This document shows, piece after piece, positions 7,822 through 16,386 of a stretch of 32,000 nt of DNA. Numbering within the stretch: the first letter of the stretch is position 1; each line of letters opens with the position of its first letter. Origin of the DNA: Telmatocola sphagniphila (GTDB lineage: Bacteria; Planctomycetota; Planctomycetia; Gemmatales; Gemmataceae); NCBI RefSeq assembly GCF_018398935.1, contig NZ_CP074694.1, positions 6,090,001 to 6,122,000 on the forward strand, in the 5' to 3' direction. The position numbers and the translations under genes are program-made. The notes under the pieces are model-generated. The model worked only from the letters and a program-made list of their open reading frames with translations. It ran no database searches and had not been told where the DNA came from.

Positions 7822-9177
7822 TTACTTACCCAGAGATTTCGCCGCATCCCGGCATAACTGCTCGGCCTGTTCCGCCGTCGGGGCTTCCGCGATTGCTCGA
7901 ACGACCGGTTCGGTATTACTCGGTCGAACGTGCAACCAGCGGTCTGGCCAGTCGAGCCGGAGGCCGTCCAGTTTGTCGACCCGAGCTTCGGGCCAGCGGG
8001 ATTCTAGGGCAGTCAGAGCGGCTTGCAATTTTTCGGGAACCACGGCGTATTTGGTTTTTAACATCGCGTATTTGGGCAGCGAATCGACGGCCTGGCTAAG
8101 GGTTTGCCCCGTTTTCGCCAGGTACTCGAGAATGAAAGCCATGCCGACATAAGGATCCCGAACCCAGCCGACGCGCGGATCGATGACGCCGCCGTTACCT
8201 TCGCCGCCGATGACCGCCTGATGCTTGCGAATGCCGTTGACGACATTCGCTTCCCCGACGGCCGAGCGATAGCAGATCTGTCCAAATTGCTTGGCCAGGT
8301 CTTCATTCATTTTCGAAGTGGACATATTGATCACCACCGGACCCGCTTTTTGCATCAGCCGGTGCCGGACTGCCAGTGCCAAGGTGGCTTCTTCGGAAAC
8401 GCATTGACCCCGTTCGTCGATCAGCGCCAGGCGGTCGGCATCCGGATCGAGGACGAAGCCGAGAGCGGCTTTACTACTCGGAACTTGAGGTCCGATCTCC
8501 CCCAGATGCGCTGGGATAGGTTCCGGCTCGTGGGCAAAATGTCCGTTCGGTTCGCAACCGATTTCGATGATTTCACATCGCAGTTGCTGAAGTAAAAGTC
8601 GAGCGAGTTCGCCTCCCGCCCCGCCGTTGGCGTCGACCAGCACTCGAAAGTGAGCCGAGTGGATCAAATCCAGGTCCACGAGTTTCAGAACGGTTTGAGC
8701 ATGGAGAGCCAGCGGCTCCCGGCTGCTCTCATAGGAGCCGATTTTGTCCCAGCTGGCATATCGCGCGTTACCCGTCTCAAAAAGCTGGCGAACTTCGCGG
8801 CCTTGTTCCGGAGAGAGCACGGCCCCATCGGCATCGAACATTTTCAGGCCGTTCCAGGGAGAGGGATTATGACTGGCGGTGATTTGAATGGCGCCCATGG
8901 CGTTAAAGTGCCGCACGGCCAGCCCGCAAGTCGGGGTGCTGGCGATACCGATATCAATTACCCGGCAGCCGGTGGAACGCAAACCGGCCACCACGGCCTG
9001 CAGCAGCATGTCCCCGCTGGGCCGACTATCCCGCGAGACCAGAATCAAGCCGCCCTGCAGGTAAGTTCCGAGCGCCACGGCAAACCGGCACGCTTCTGAC
9101 GGAAATAGGTTCTGGCCGATTAGTCCGCGAATGCCGGAAACGCTGACTATCAGACCTGCTGGGAAATTATTACTCAT
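7822..9177 (-). CDS. Alpha-D-phosphohexomutase (phosphoglucosamine mutase / phosphomannomutase family)
   Basis: Catalytic-Ser loop ITASHNPSPWNGLK, metal loop FVLDPDADRL and sugar loop GGEGNGG. The ORF track starts at a TTG (9180), and the adjacent ATG at 9177 is the likelier start. Substrate (GlcN-6-P versus Man/Glc-6-P) cannot be decided by eye. Confidence 0.85.
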   Translation of the reverse strand: MSNNFPAGLIVSVSGIRGLIGQNLFPSEACRFAVALGTYLQGGLILVSRDSRPSGDMLLQAVVAGLRSTGCRVIDIGIASTPTCGLAVRHFNAMGAIQITASHNPSPWNGLKMFDADGAVLSPEQGREVRQLFETGNARYASWDKIGSYESSREPLALHAQTVLKLVDLDLIHSAHFRVLVDANGGAGGELARLLLQQLRCEIIEIGCEPNGHFAHEPEPIPAHLGEIGPQVPSSKAALGFVLDPDADRLALIDERGQCVSEEATLALAVRHRLMQKAGPVVINMSTSKMNEDLAKQFGQICYRSAVGEANVVNGIRKHQAVIGGEGNGGVIDPRVGWVRDPYVGMAFILEYLAKTGQTLSQAVDSLPKYAMLKTKYAVVPEKLQAALTALESRWPEARVDKLDGLRLDWPDRWLHVRPSNTEPVVRAIAEAPTAEQAEQLCRDAAKSLGK

Positions 9178-9284
9178 CAAGAAGTTATAGGAGTTCCGAG
9201 ATTGAAACGAGTACGGGCAAATTCGAAAGCAGATTGACCGACCATTCGCTTGAGCAAGTGAGAATCTGTTGTAATCTTTAGATC

Positions 9285-10916
9285 ATGGCCAAGAAACACA
9301 AGACGAAGCCCGCACCGACGCCGGTGGCGACTTCCACACCAGTACACCTGCCGGCTGTAGCCAGTTCCACCCGCCCGTCTTACTGGTTCTCCTGGATCCA
9401 GGTGTTTGCCATCGACGCTCGCTCGCTGGGTCTATTCCGCATCATCTTGGGGCTACTTCTACTGGCCGATCTGGTGTTGCGCGCTGTCGATCTTGAGGCT
9501 TTCTATTCCGATGAAGGGGTTATGCCCCGGCTGACGCGAATTGCCAATTACGAGTTGAACGATACGACCGGATTGAAATATCTGCTCTCGCTTCACATGG
9601 TGTCCGGGCAGAACTGGTGGCAGATTCTGTTGTTCAGCATCTTCGGACTTTTCAGTTTTTCGTTGATGATCGGTTATCGAACCCGGCTGTCCGCCCTCGT
9701 CAGTTACGTAATGCTCTGTTCACTGCAATCGCGCAACCCCATTATCCTCGATGGCGGCGATGTCTACATTCGCGTTATGTTGTTCTGGGGGCTGTTCCTG
9801 CCGATGAACATGCGCTTCAGCGTGGATCGATGGCTTCGTCCCGAACCGGAACCCCCTCTTGGTGTCCTGAATCTCGCGACCTTCGCCATGCTGACGCAAG
9901 TGGGATATGTCTATGCCATGGGCGCGGTGTTGAAGAACGATGCGGTCTGGACGCGCGACTACACGGCCATGTACTACGCCATGTCGCTCGAATGTTTCTC
10001 CACCTGGCTGGGAAAATGGCTGGTTCATCAACTGGTGCTGACCAAATTTCTCACGTTCGTCACGTGGTGGCTCGAACTCGTGGGGCCGATCCTGCTCTTA
10101 TTGCCCTTCTGGAATCGCTATCTGCGGATCGCCGTGATCCTCGGTTTCTGGGGCTTCCACATGAGCACGGAGGAGACGCTGCACCTGAGTATTTTCCCTT
10201 TCATTGGCTGCATGGCCTGGATTCCCTTCATTCCGGCCTGCGTCTGGGATGCGAAAAGCTGGCCGGGGAAGTATCTGGTGCCGTTTTTCGGGGCGTTGGT
10301 CCAACCTATACAAGTGCAGATTGAGGCGATAATTCGCGCGTTCCGGCCCTATTTTCGGAAGCCCGAAGCGCCGTATTTCGAAATGGGAAGAGTTGCGAAG
10401 ATCTTTGTGGGGATCACGTGGATTTACGTTCTTTTGTGGAATCTTCGGGAGATCCCCAAAATCGGCCAGTCGGTGATGCCGCTTTCGTGGAATGTCGTCG
10501 GCCGCTTACTGCACGTCGATCAGAATTGGGACATGTTTGCACCGAAGCCTACTACCGACGATGGCTGGTATGTGATGAAGGCAATTCTTCTGGATGGTAC
10601 GGAAGTCAATCTCTGGGATCTCGACCAGCCCGTCACGCTGCAAAAGCCGGAATCGGTTCAGGCCACTTACATTAACCGGCGCTGGCGAAAGTATCTGTTG
10701 AATATTTACCAGGGAAGATTCGACCAGTTTCGCCAGCCGTTTGCCTTATGGCTGGCGGTTCGCTGGGAGAATGCGCATCCCGATCGGGGACCGGAGAAGC
10801 GCATCAAGACGATTCAAATCGATTTCATGCTCGATGAGGTGTTGCCGCCCGGTGTCTCTCGACCGGCACCGCGGCTGGTGAATCAGATTACGATGGAAAA
10901 CAAGCAACTCAAATGA
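9285..10916 (+). CDS. HTTM-domain (vitamin-K-dependent gamma-carboxylase-like) polytopic membrane protein
   Basis: 543 aa. The N-terminal motif IDARSLGLFRIILGLLLLADL is followed by multiple TM segments and ...SRNPIILDGGDVYIRVMLFWGLFLPMNMRFSVD. This parallels the HTTM/VKGC pattern (D..SLA.FR...G ... N..Y.. ... SVD). A C-terminal ~200-aa soluble-looking domain follows. Confidence 0.7.
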   Translation: MAKKHKTKPAPTPVATSTPVHLPAVASSTRPSYWFSWIQVFAIDARSLGLFRIILGLLLLADLVLRAVDLEAFYSDEGVMPRLTRIANYELNDTTGLKYLLSLHMVSGQNWWQILLFSIFGLFSFSLMIGYRTRLSALVSYVMLCSLQSRNPIILDGGDVYIRVMLFWGLFLPMNMRFSVDRWLRPEPEPPLGVLNLATFAMLTQVGYVYAMGAVLKNDAVWTRDYTAMYYAMSLECFSTWLGKWLVHQLVLTKFLTFVTWWLELVGPILLLLPFWNRYLRIAVILGFWGFHMSTEETLHLSIFPFIGCMAWIPFIPACVWDAKSWPGKYLVPFFGALVQPIQVQIEAIIRAFRPYFRKPEAPYFEMGRVAKIFVGITWIYVLLWNLREIPKIGQSVMPLSWNVVGRLLHVDQNWDMFAPKPTTDDGWYVMKAILLDGTEVNLWDLDQPVTLQKPESVQATYINRRWRKYLLNIYQGRFDQFRQPFALWLAVRWENAHPDRGPEKRIKTIQIDFMLDEVLPPGVSRPAPRLVNQITMENKQLK

Positions 10917-11598
10917 GTTTGCGATCCTGAAGAAAATTCAGGATCGCCGCTACGCTTTCTTCGATCGTCAGTTTGGAATTGTCGATTGTCAGTTCCGGCT
11001 TGAGCGGAGCTTCATAGGGATCGTCGACCCCGGTGAAACCCATTCCCTTTCCAGCCGCCACAGCTTCACGAGCCTGCTTGTAGAGTCCTTTCGGATCGCG
11101 CTGTTCGCACGTGCCGATGGGGGTATCGACGAAGATTTCGATGAAGGGAATCGCCCCGGACTTGTTCTGCTCGTGAATGGCTCGCGCGGCGTCCCGATCC
11201 TTGCGATAGGGACTGATGAAACTGGTCAGACAGATCAGACCCGAATCGGCGAAAAGCTTGGAAACCTCACCGATTCGTCGGATGTTCTCTTCGCGATCCT
11301 CGGCGGAAAATGCCAGACCGAAGCGCTTGGCGGAAGTTTCAGAATACTTGCGGGTATCCATCAGGATTTTCGGACCGGCGTTCAGCCCGAAGCGGATGTT
11401 ATCGCCATCCAGAACGTAGGCCGGATGGCCGCGCTGAATCAGAACTTGTTCCAGGGCGACGGCAATCGTACTTTTGCCGGAACCCGAAAGGCCGGTGAAC
11501 CAAAGCGTGGCCCCGGTCTGCTTGAGAAGCTTGGCTCGTTCTTCGCGAGTGACGGTACCCGAATGCCAGGTGATCTGCGTAGACTTAATGTCGCTCAT
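10909..11598 (-). CDS. cysC: Adenylyl-sulfate (APS) kinase
   Basis: MSDIKSTQITWHSGTVTREERAKLLKQTGATLWFTGLSGSGKSTIAVALEQVL...YVLDGDNIRFGLN aligns end to end with the canonical CysC pattern. I place the start at ATG 11598. The track's longer TTG start (11640) would sit inside the upstream terminator. Confidence 0.9.
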   Translation of the reverse strand: MSDIKSTQITWHSGTVTREERAKLLKQTGATLWFTGLSGSGKSTIAVALEQVLIQRGHPAYVLDGDNIRFGLNAGPKILMDTRKYSETSAKRFGLAFSAEDREENIRRIGEVSKLFADSGLICLTSFISPYRKDRDAARAIHEQNKSGAIPFIEIFVDTPIGTCEQRDPKGLYKQAREAVAAGKGMGFTGVDDPYEAPLKPELTIDNSKLTIEESVAAILNFLQDRKLI

Positions 11599-11632
11599 AT
11601 CCTGCCGTGTTCCTATTCGATTTATCCCAGGC

Positions 11633-11671
11633 GGAAACAAAAATAGGCACTGTCCTCAAAGGAAGAGTGCC
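11633..11671 (-). terminator. Rho-independent terminator after the 654/665-aa exported protein gene
   Basis: On the - strand, GGCACU..UCC-UUUGA-GGA..AGUGCC (complement of 11646-11671) is followed by UAUUUUUGUUU (complement of 11633-11645). It sits 9 nt after the TAG at 11680-11682. Confidence 0.6.
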
Positions 11672-11679
11672 AATTTAGC

Positions 11680-13641
11680 CTATTTGGTAGGAAGCAGCAG
11701 AGAAGGTGCATCGCCAAGTTTCACTTCGATCCGGCAATCGGGGAGTTCTCCCGCTACGGGTGGCTGGCTGCCGCCGGTGGGCCGGATTCGAATACCAAAC
11801 GTTCCTTCGCCGGGCAGAGTGATGCGCAATCCCTGGCCCAGACCGGCCTCATTTCGCAACGGTTTCCAGGTAGTCCCTTCGTCCGAAGTGATCCAGAAGT
11901 CGGCTCGCGAGTCGCCGCGCACATCCGAGGTATAGTCCAGCGTGCAATTCCTCGAAGTCACTTTCAAAAGGGGAATGGTCTGCTTGAGCTGCATTTTTTC
12001 GGGAATGCGCCCCATCTTGGGGGATGCGGAAGCGGAGGTCTGATCTACAGGTAGCATTCGAGCTTCGCGCGAATTATCGCCGGGCTTGGGAAGTTCGAAA
12101 TCCTTTTCTGGCAGTTTCGGGAGTTCCTGGGTCATACTGGGTATGGCCACTGGAAGCGCGCTCGGAATCGATTTGGGTATTTCCGGGAGTTTAAGATCGA
12201 CCTCGCCGACTTTTCCAGGTTGGGTCGGGGAAGACGATGTTTTAGCGTCCGAGGGGGAGTCTGGCAGCACCGGCGGTCCTGCGATCGCATCCCCCTTCAG
12301 GTCCGGGAGATTCTGAGGAATCTCGATACCCAACTTCGGCTGAGGTTTCGTTAATGCAGGTGTAACGGGCTTCTCGTGCACATCGAGTGCGGGCAGTTTC
12401 GGCAGATCTTCCACCGTGGACTTGATTTCCAGTTTGGCGGTTTGAACCGGAGGAAGCTTGGGAAGGTCATTGTCTGCCGTCACGGCCGTCTTCGGCAAAG
12501 CCGGGGTCTCGATTTTCACATCCGGTGTCGACGGCATACTCGGTAGTTTTGGAAGATCATTACCTTCCAAAACGGGCGACTTTGGAAGAGGGGACGCATC
12601 CAGCTTCACAGCTGGCGTCGAGTTCATCGCTGGCAGCTTGGGAAGATCGTTTTCTCCCGACGCGGTCATCTTGGGTAACAACGCCGGCTCGATCTGGATC
12701 TGGTCTGGTTTGGGTAGCGGTATGTCAGAAAGTGTGGATGCCGCGGCTTTGGGTTTCGTCTCGCCGCTGGACATCTGATTGGAAAGCTCGGCGGTCAAAG
12801 GCATTTCGGGCATAATAGCCGGTTGCGGCATCAACTTGGGCCAGGCCGGTTGCTGCACCTCATTCACTTCGAAACTGACCGTTTTGATTTCGCTGTTACG
12901 GACCGTCAGCGTAGGTTCCGACGGGCGCGGCAGAGTCAATGATTGCGTGTCGAAAGCCGTTCGAGTGATCGATTTGGAGGTGCTTGTCTCCGCTGAAATT
13001 TTATCGCCGACGCGAATCTCTTTTTCGGTCTCGTTCCCCGCTCGATCCCGCACTTTCATGCGAATTGCACCCGCCAGGATACCAGGATGAGGAACGGTAA
13101 AAAGTTGAGGCGAGTCGGCAGTGGCATTTTCGAGATTTTTCCAGGATCCGTCTGCAGCCTTATAGCTGAGTTTCAAGCTGGCATAGTCCGGGTTGGCATC
13201 GACGATGCTTGCCTGCAGACAAATATCGCCATTGGCCGCGTGAATCGGTGTGAGCCGAACCTCCGGCGGCACCGTATCGACAACTACCAACCGTTGAGGG
13301 ACTGCCCGCGCTAACGAGCTCGGATAGTTTTTGCCGTTGCGATCCACGAGAACGAACAGAAAGGCGTACGATCCGTCTTGCGGAGCGCGATATTCGAAGG
13401 CTTTCTGATCGGCCGAGGCCGTACCGACGCACTGCCAGTCGTCATTTTGGAACTTCGCATAGAGTTTCACTTCCGCGATATTCCTGCGGACCGCCTCCTC
13501 CATGACAATGGGTAGGCGCAGATTCGGATTCTTGACGTAGATAGGCGCCATCTGGGCATAGGCGGGAGAAACGGCAAAACCGCTCCCCACCAGAAGAGCG
13601 GCGGCAGCTCGCGGCCAGAGCGAGCGGAATAGTGGTTGCAT
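11680..13641 (-). CDS. Exported protein: two N-terminal Ig-like/beta-sandwich-type domains, Pro/Lys-rich [DE]LPKLP repeat region, C-terminal beta-rich domain; function unknown
   Basis: Signal peptide MQPLFRSLWPRAAAALLVGSGFAVSPAYA|Q. ATG 13641 is preferred (AGAGGG 8 nt upstream), though the ORF could extend to 13677. DxAGN-type endings (KVRDRAGNETEKEIRV) suggest bacterial Ig-like folds. The central low-complexity part is roughly 300 aa. I recognise no enzymatic motif. Confidence 0.8.
   Translation of the reverse strand: MQPLFRSLWPRAAAALLVGSGFAVSPAYAQMAPIYVKNPNLRLPIVMEEAVRRNIAEVKLYAKFQNDDWQCVGTASADQKAFEYRAPQDGSYAFLFVLVDRNGKNYPSSLARAVPQRLVVVDTVPPEVRLTPIHAANGDICLQASIVDANPDYASLKLSYKAADGSWKNLENATADSPQLFTVPHPGILAGAIRMKVRDRAGNETEKEIRVGDKISAETSTSKSITRTAFDTQSLTLPRPSEPTLTVRNSEIKTVSFEVNEVQQPAWPKLMPQPAIMPEMPLTAELSNQMSSGETKPKAAASTLSDIPLPKPDQIQIEPALLPKMTASGENDLPKLPAMNSTPAVKLDASPLPKSPVLEGNDLPKLPSMPSTPDVKIETPALPKTAVTADNDLPKLPPVQTAKLEIKSTVEDLPKLPALDVHEKPVTPALTKPQPKLGIEIPQNLPDLKGDAIAGPPVLPDSPSDAKTSSSPTQPGKVGEVDLKLPEIPKSIPSALPVAIPSMTQELPKLPEKDFELPKPGDNSREARMLPVDQTSASASPKMGRIPEKMQLKQTIPLLKVTSRNCTLDYTSDVRGDSRADFWITSDEGTTWKPLRNEAGLGQGLRITLPGEGTFGIRIRPTGGSQPPVAGELPDCRIEVKLGDAPSLLLPTK
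12331..12654 (-). repeat. Degenerate tandem ~30-aa (about 90-100 nt) repeats, consensus NDLPKLP-x-M-x-STP-x-VK...LPK
   Basis: Four successive copies start at ENDLPKLPA, GNDLPKLPS, DNDLPKLPP and VEDLPKLPA. At the DNA level the copies are visible as cttgggaagatcgtt, ttttggaagatcatt, cttgggaaggtcatt and tttcggcagatcttc on the + strand. Confidence 0.7.
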
Positions 13642-13708
13642 AATTGGGACCCTCTTTCGCGGCAATCCTTGCGGCAACTAGGGGTTTCATCAGCCCCGAA
13701 TCGTTCGG

Positions 13709-15259
13709 TTAATATTTTCCAGCAACGCGGAACTCCAGCGGTCGCCTTAACGTTCGTCCCGTCGGAATATCGGTTACATAAATCCAGAGGGTGTAGACAC
13801 CAGGGTGGATATTCCGGGGGACAATCACCCGATTCACAAAATACATATCTCGCGGCAGACTGCGGTATTCGCGAATAAACTCGGTGAATACCTCGCCCGG
13901 GGAATCGGCATCCGTGCTGACAACTTTGTCGGCGGCATCGCGCAGTTCCCAGTGGCTGCTGAGTCGAACGTAATAGCCATTTTCCGGAGCCTCATAACTC
14001 CGGTTACCAGTCAGTTTGCGTATTTCCGTCGAGAAGTTTCGGATCTCGATGTACACATCCACATAAGTGTTGGGTTGGAAGGCCGGTCGAAGATCCTTGA
14101 TGTAGTTGCCGTATCGGCTCGCTTTCTCCACGTAGCAGATGCGGCCGGCCGTAAAAGCGGCTTTGGAACGCACCTGATCCGCGGCGATCTCCAATCGATC
14201 CAGGACTATGTTGGCTTCCTCGGCAGAGAGATTTCTCATTCCCACTTCACTGATGCGAAGAATGGGATGCATGAGATTCGAGAGCATCTCCTGCGTGCCC
14301 GAATCGTAATTCTTCAGAGCTTCAAACACCTCGGTGTTTCGGTTCTGCTGCATGCATCGAAGCGCCACAATCAAAGGGGAATCCATCGGCGATTGCGGCG
14401 CTTCGGGCACCGGAACGACAACCATCGGCGGCTTCTCCGAACGGACCTTTTCGAGATCGACTTTCGGAGGGGATACCGGCAGCTCCTCTTTCGGGGCGGG
14501 AATCGGTCGAACCGGTGGTTCGACCTGAGATACAGAGTGCGGAGGATCGACCTTCTTCTCCGGTGTCGGATTCTCCTCCTTCGGCAGTATCGGTTTCGTT
14601 TTGCCCAGGGGGAACGGATCACCCAGTTCGGCCGGGCTCCTCGTTTGATGATCCTTGATTTCCGGAGTCGGTTCCGTGGGCGTTACATCTCCGATCGGGA
14701 TGACCTTGTTAGTCGGTTTCTCTTCAATCTTCGGACTGGGGTTGCCAAGCTTGGAATTCAACACATCCCAGTCGGGAGCCACAACATTGGGTAGCGCCGG
14801 GAGCGATTCGTTCGGCAGAGTCGCCGGTAGTTCCTCGTTCGGTGCCGGAACTGGGAGCGGCTTCGGTGTATTCTCGACTACGGGCAGTTTCGGCAGCATC
14901 GGCGGTTGCTGATATTGCGTCTGCTCCACGGCGGCATCTGTTTTCGGTGCCGGGGCAGTCCTATCCGTTTCGGGCAGACTCGGCACTGCAGTTTGCTGAG
15001 TGATGCCCGGCATTCCCACAAACGGACCCGAAGCCGGAGTGGGCGTTGAACCATTGGGAATCGAACTGGTTTGCAGGGCCGTTGCCGGAGTCGTGGCGGC
15101 CGGCGTACTCACTTGAGCGGGCGTGGGGAGCTGAGTCGGTCGGATGCGATCCATCCCTCGCCCCGTTAAGTGAGGAGGGAGGTCGTTATCGACTGAAAGG
15201 CAGGCTGGCAGTGATAAAGCTGCGAGACTGATTCCGAAATACGCTATCCGCCGCGCCAT
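13709..15259 (-). CDS. Putative lipoprotein / exported protein with long Pro-rich spacer and C-terminal beta-sandwich-like domain; function unknown
   Basis: 516 aa. The N-terminus MARRIAYFGISLAALSLPAC has a lipobox-like LPAC. About 280 aa of P/T/E/K-rich sequence include MLPKLPVV and SLPALPNV. The ordered C-terminal ~220 aa end in GVYTLWIYVTDIPTGRTLRRPLEFRV. GAAGAGG lies 7 nt upstream of the ATG. Confidence 0.8.
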   Translation of the reverse strand: MARRIAYFGISLAALSLPACLSVDNDLPPHLTGRGMDRIRPTQLPTPAQVSTPAATTPATALQTSSIPNGSTPTPASGPFVGMPGITQQTAVPSLPETDRTAPAPKTDAAVEQTQYQQPPMLPKLPVVENTPKPLPVPAPNEELPATLPNESLPALPNVVAPDWDVLNSKLGNPSPKIEEKPTNKVIPIGDVTPTEPTPEIKDHQTRSPAELGDPFPLGKTKPILPKEENPTPEKKVDPPHSVSQVEPPVRPIPAPKEELPVSPPKVDLEKVRSEKPPMVVVPVPEAPQSPMDSPLIVALRCMQQNRNTEVFEALKNYDSGTQEMLSNLMHPILRISEVGMRNLSAEEANIVLDRLEIAADQVRSKAAFTAGRICYVEKASRYGNYIKDLRPAFQPNTYVDVYIEIRNFSTEIRKLTGNRSYEAPENGYYVRLSSHWELRDAADKVVSTDADSPGEVFTEFIREYRSLPRDMYFVNRVIVPRNIHPGVYTLWIYVTDIPTGRTLRRPLEFRVAGKY

Positions 15260-15304
15260 CCGTGACCTCTTCGTCAGGGTACGCCTGGTCCTATAAGAAG
15301 GTGG

Positions 15305-15332
15305 ACAATAGCAGAGGAGAGAGAGGTGTCAA
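15305..15332 (-). promoter_or_regulatory. Candidate sigma70-type promoter for the exported-protein gene pair
   Basis: On the - strand: TTGACA (complement of 15327-15332), a 16-nt spacer, then TATTGT (complement of 15305-15310), about 45 nt upstream of the ATG at 15259. It lies inside the 259-nt gap after the phosphatase gene. Confidence 0.4.
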
Positions 15333-15518
15333 GTTCGGTCGAAGCGAAGGAAATCTTCACTGGGAAATGGCAAAAACTGTCTGCAAGCAGCTCGGGAATC
15401 GAGCCGCAACTTACATAGCTTCCCCAGTTTGTCGGGGAGACTTCAAATCGGCGGTTGGGCGCGCTTTGGAGAGATATTCAGAAACCGGAATTTCAACCGA
15501 TTCGGGCAAGCTGGAGAA

Positions 15519-16301
15519 TCAGGAGAAGAGTTTGTCGAACCACGTCCGCGTCTGGGCCGGAATGATCGGCAGAGGCCGCCAGGGAAGATTGTTGATGATA
15601 ATGTTGCCGTGCAGACTGCAGACTCTATCCGCCACCCCCTGATTGGTCCAATGGGAGATACGATCGTAAGCCGAGCGAATCTTGGGAGGTCGTCGAACGG
15701 TGGAGTGTCCATCCGAAGCGACCAGATGAACGAGATTTCTTTGAAACCAGCTCTTGAGAATTTTCTCTTCCCGGCGTGCTTGCGGCATGGTGATACTGCC
15801 GGCATTCACCTGGATTATGCAGCCCATGTGAACCAGTTCTTCAACGAAGCCTTCATGGTAGAAGACATCCGGATAGCGTTCGGCATGGGCGATGATGGGA
15901 ACGATGTTCCGCTGTAAGAGCGTATCGGCAATCGGCCGGATGTCGAGCGAGATGTTCGCGGGGAGTTCCACCAGAAGAAATCGCCCGTGATCCCCAACCG
16001 TCAGATACTTTCCTTCGGTGAGCGATTCTTCGAAGTCGAGTTGAATCATGACTTCCGAGGAGGGGACGACATTCAGTGGAATCTGATTGACGGCGAGCTG
16101 CAGCTTCAATTCCGATACTGCCTGGCGAATCCGCTCGGGAGTATTATCGGGCCAACCCTCATTTTGATGTGCCAGGGCCGCGGCTGTTCCGGTTCCATCC
16201 GCCACCGCCAGTGCGCACATTTCCAAAGCGTCTTCGAGAGTTCGGGGGCCATCATCCAGACCCCAGAGCAGGTGAACGTGTAAATCGACGAAAGAGAGCA
16301 T
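15519..16301 (-). CDS. PHP-family protein-tyrosine phosphatase (CpsB/YwqE type)
   Basis: 260 aa. The N-terminal metal-binding motif is VDLHVHLLWGLDDGP. Later IIAHAERY and LVASDGHS match the CpsB/Cap8C pattern. Confidence 0.8.
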   Translation of the reverse strand: MLSFVDLHVHLLWGLDDGPRTLEDALEMCALAVADGTGTAAALAHQNEGWPDNTPERIRQAVSELKLQLAVNQIPLNVVPSSEVMIQLDFEESLTEGKYLTVGDHGRFLLVELPANISLDIRPIADTLLQRNIVPIIAHAERYPDVFYHEGFVEELVHMGCIIQVNAGSITMPQARREEKILKSWFQRNLVHLVASDGHSTVRRPPKIRSAYDRISHWTNQGVADRVCSLHGNIIINNLPWRPLPIIPAQTRTWFDKLFS

Positions 16302-16386
16302 TGGTAAACTTTCACCCGAGGGCGGAAAAGAGCCTCATCCTTAAGAAGTGAACCCGGGCGAGGTTCACGGGCATAGCCATCGCCTA

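Noticed and set aside
7082-10324. Several 150-235-aa + strand ORFs (7082-7639, 8104-8595, 8650-9099) antisense to the methyltransferase and mutase genes, plus an out-of-frame ORF at 9617-10324 inside the HTTM gene.
   Set aside because: All overlap motif-supported genes, either on the opposite strand or in another frame. Their products are low-complexity and Arg/His-rich.
10909-10916. 8-nt overlap of the convergent HTTM and cysC stop codons (TCAAATGA).
   Set aside because: It is real, but a common consequence of compact genomes. Nothing suggests a regulatory role beyond possible transcriptional interference.
11599-11640. 14-codon upstream extension of cysC (TTG start at 11640).
   Set aside because: It would begin inside the U-tract of the upstream terminator. 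The ATG at 11598 aligns with the canonical CysC N-terminus.
13805-14794. 329-aa + strand ORF antisense to the 516-aa lipoprotein-like gene.
   Set aside because: The translation is extremely Arg-rich (RRLRRFGHRNDNHRRLL...), which reflects reading Pro/Glu/Lys-rich codons backwards. The - strand frame has an export signal, an SD and an ordered C-terminal domain.
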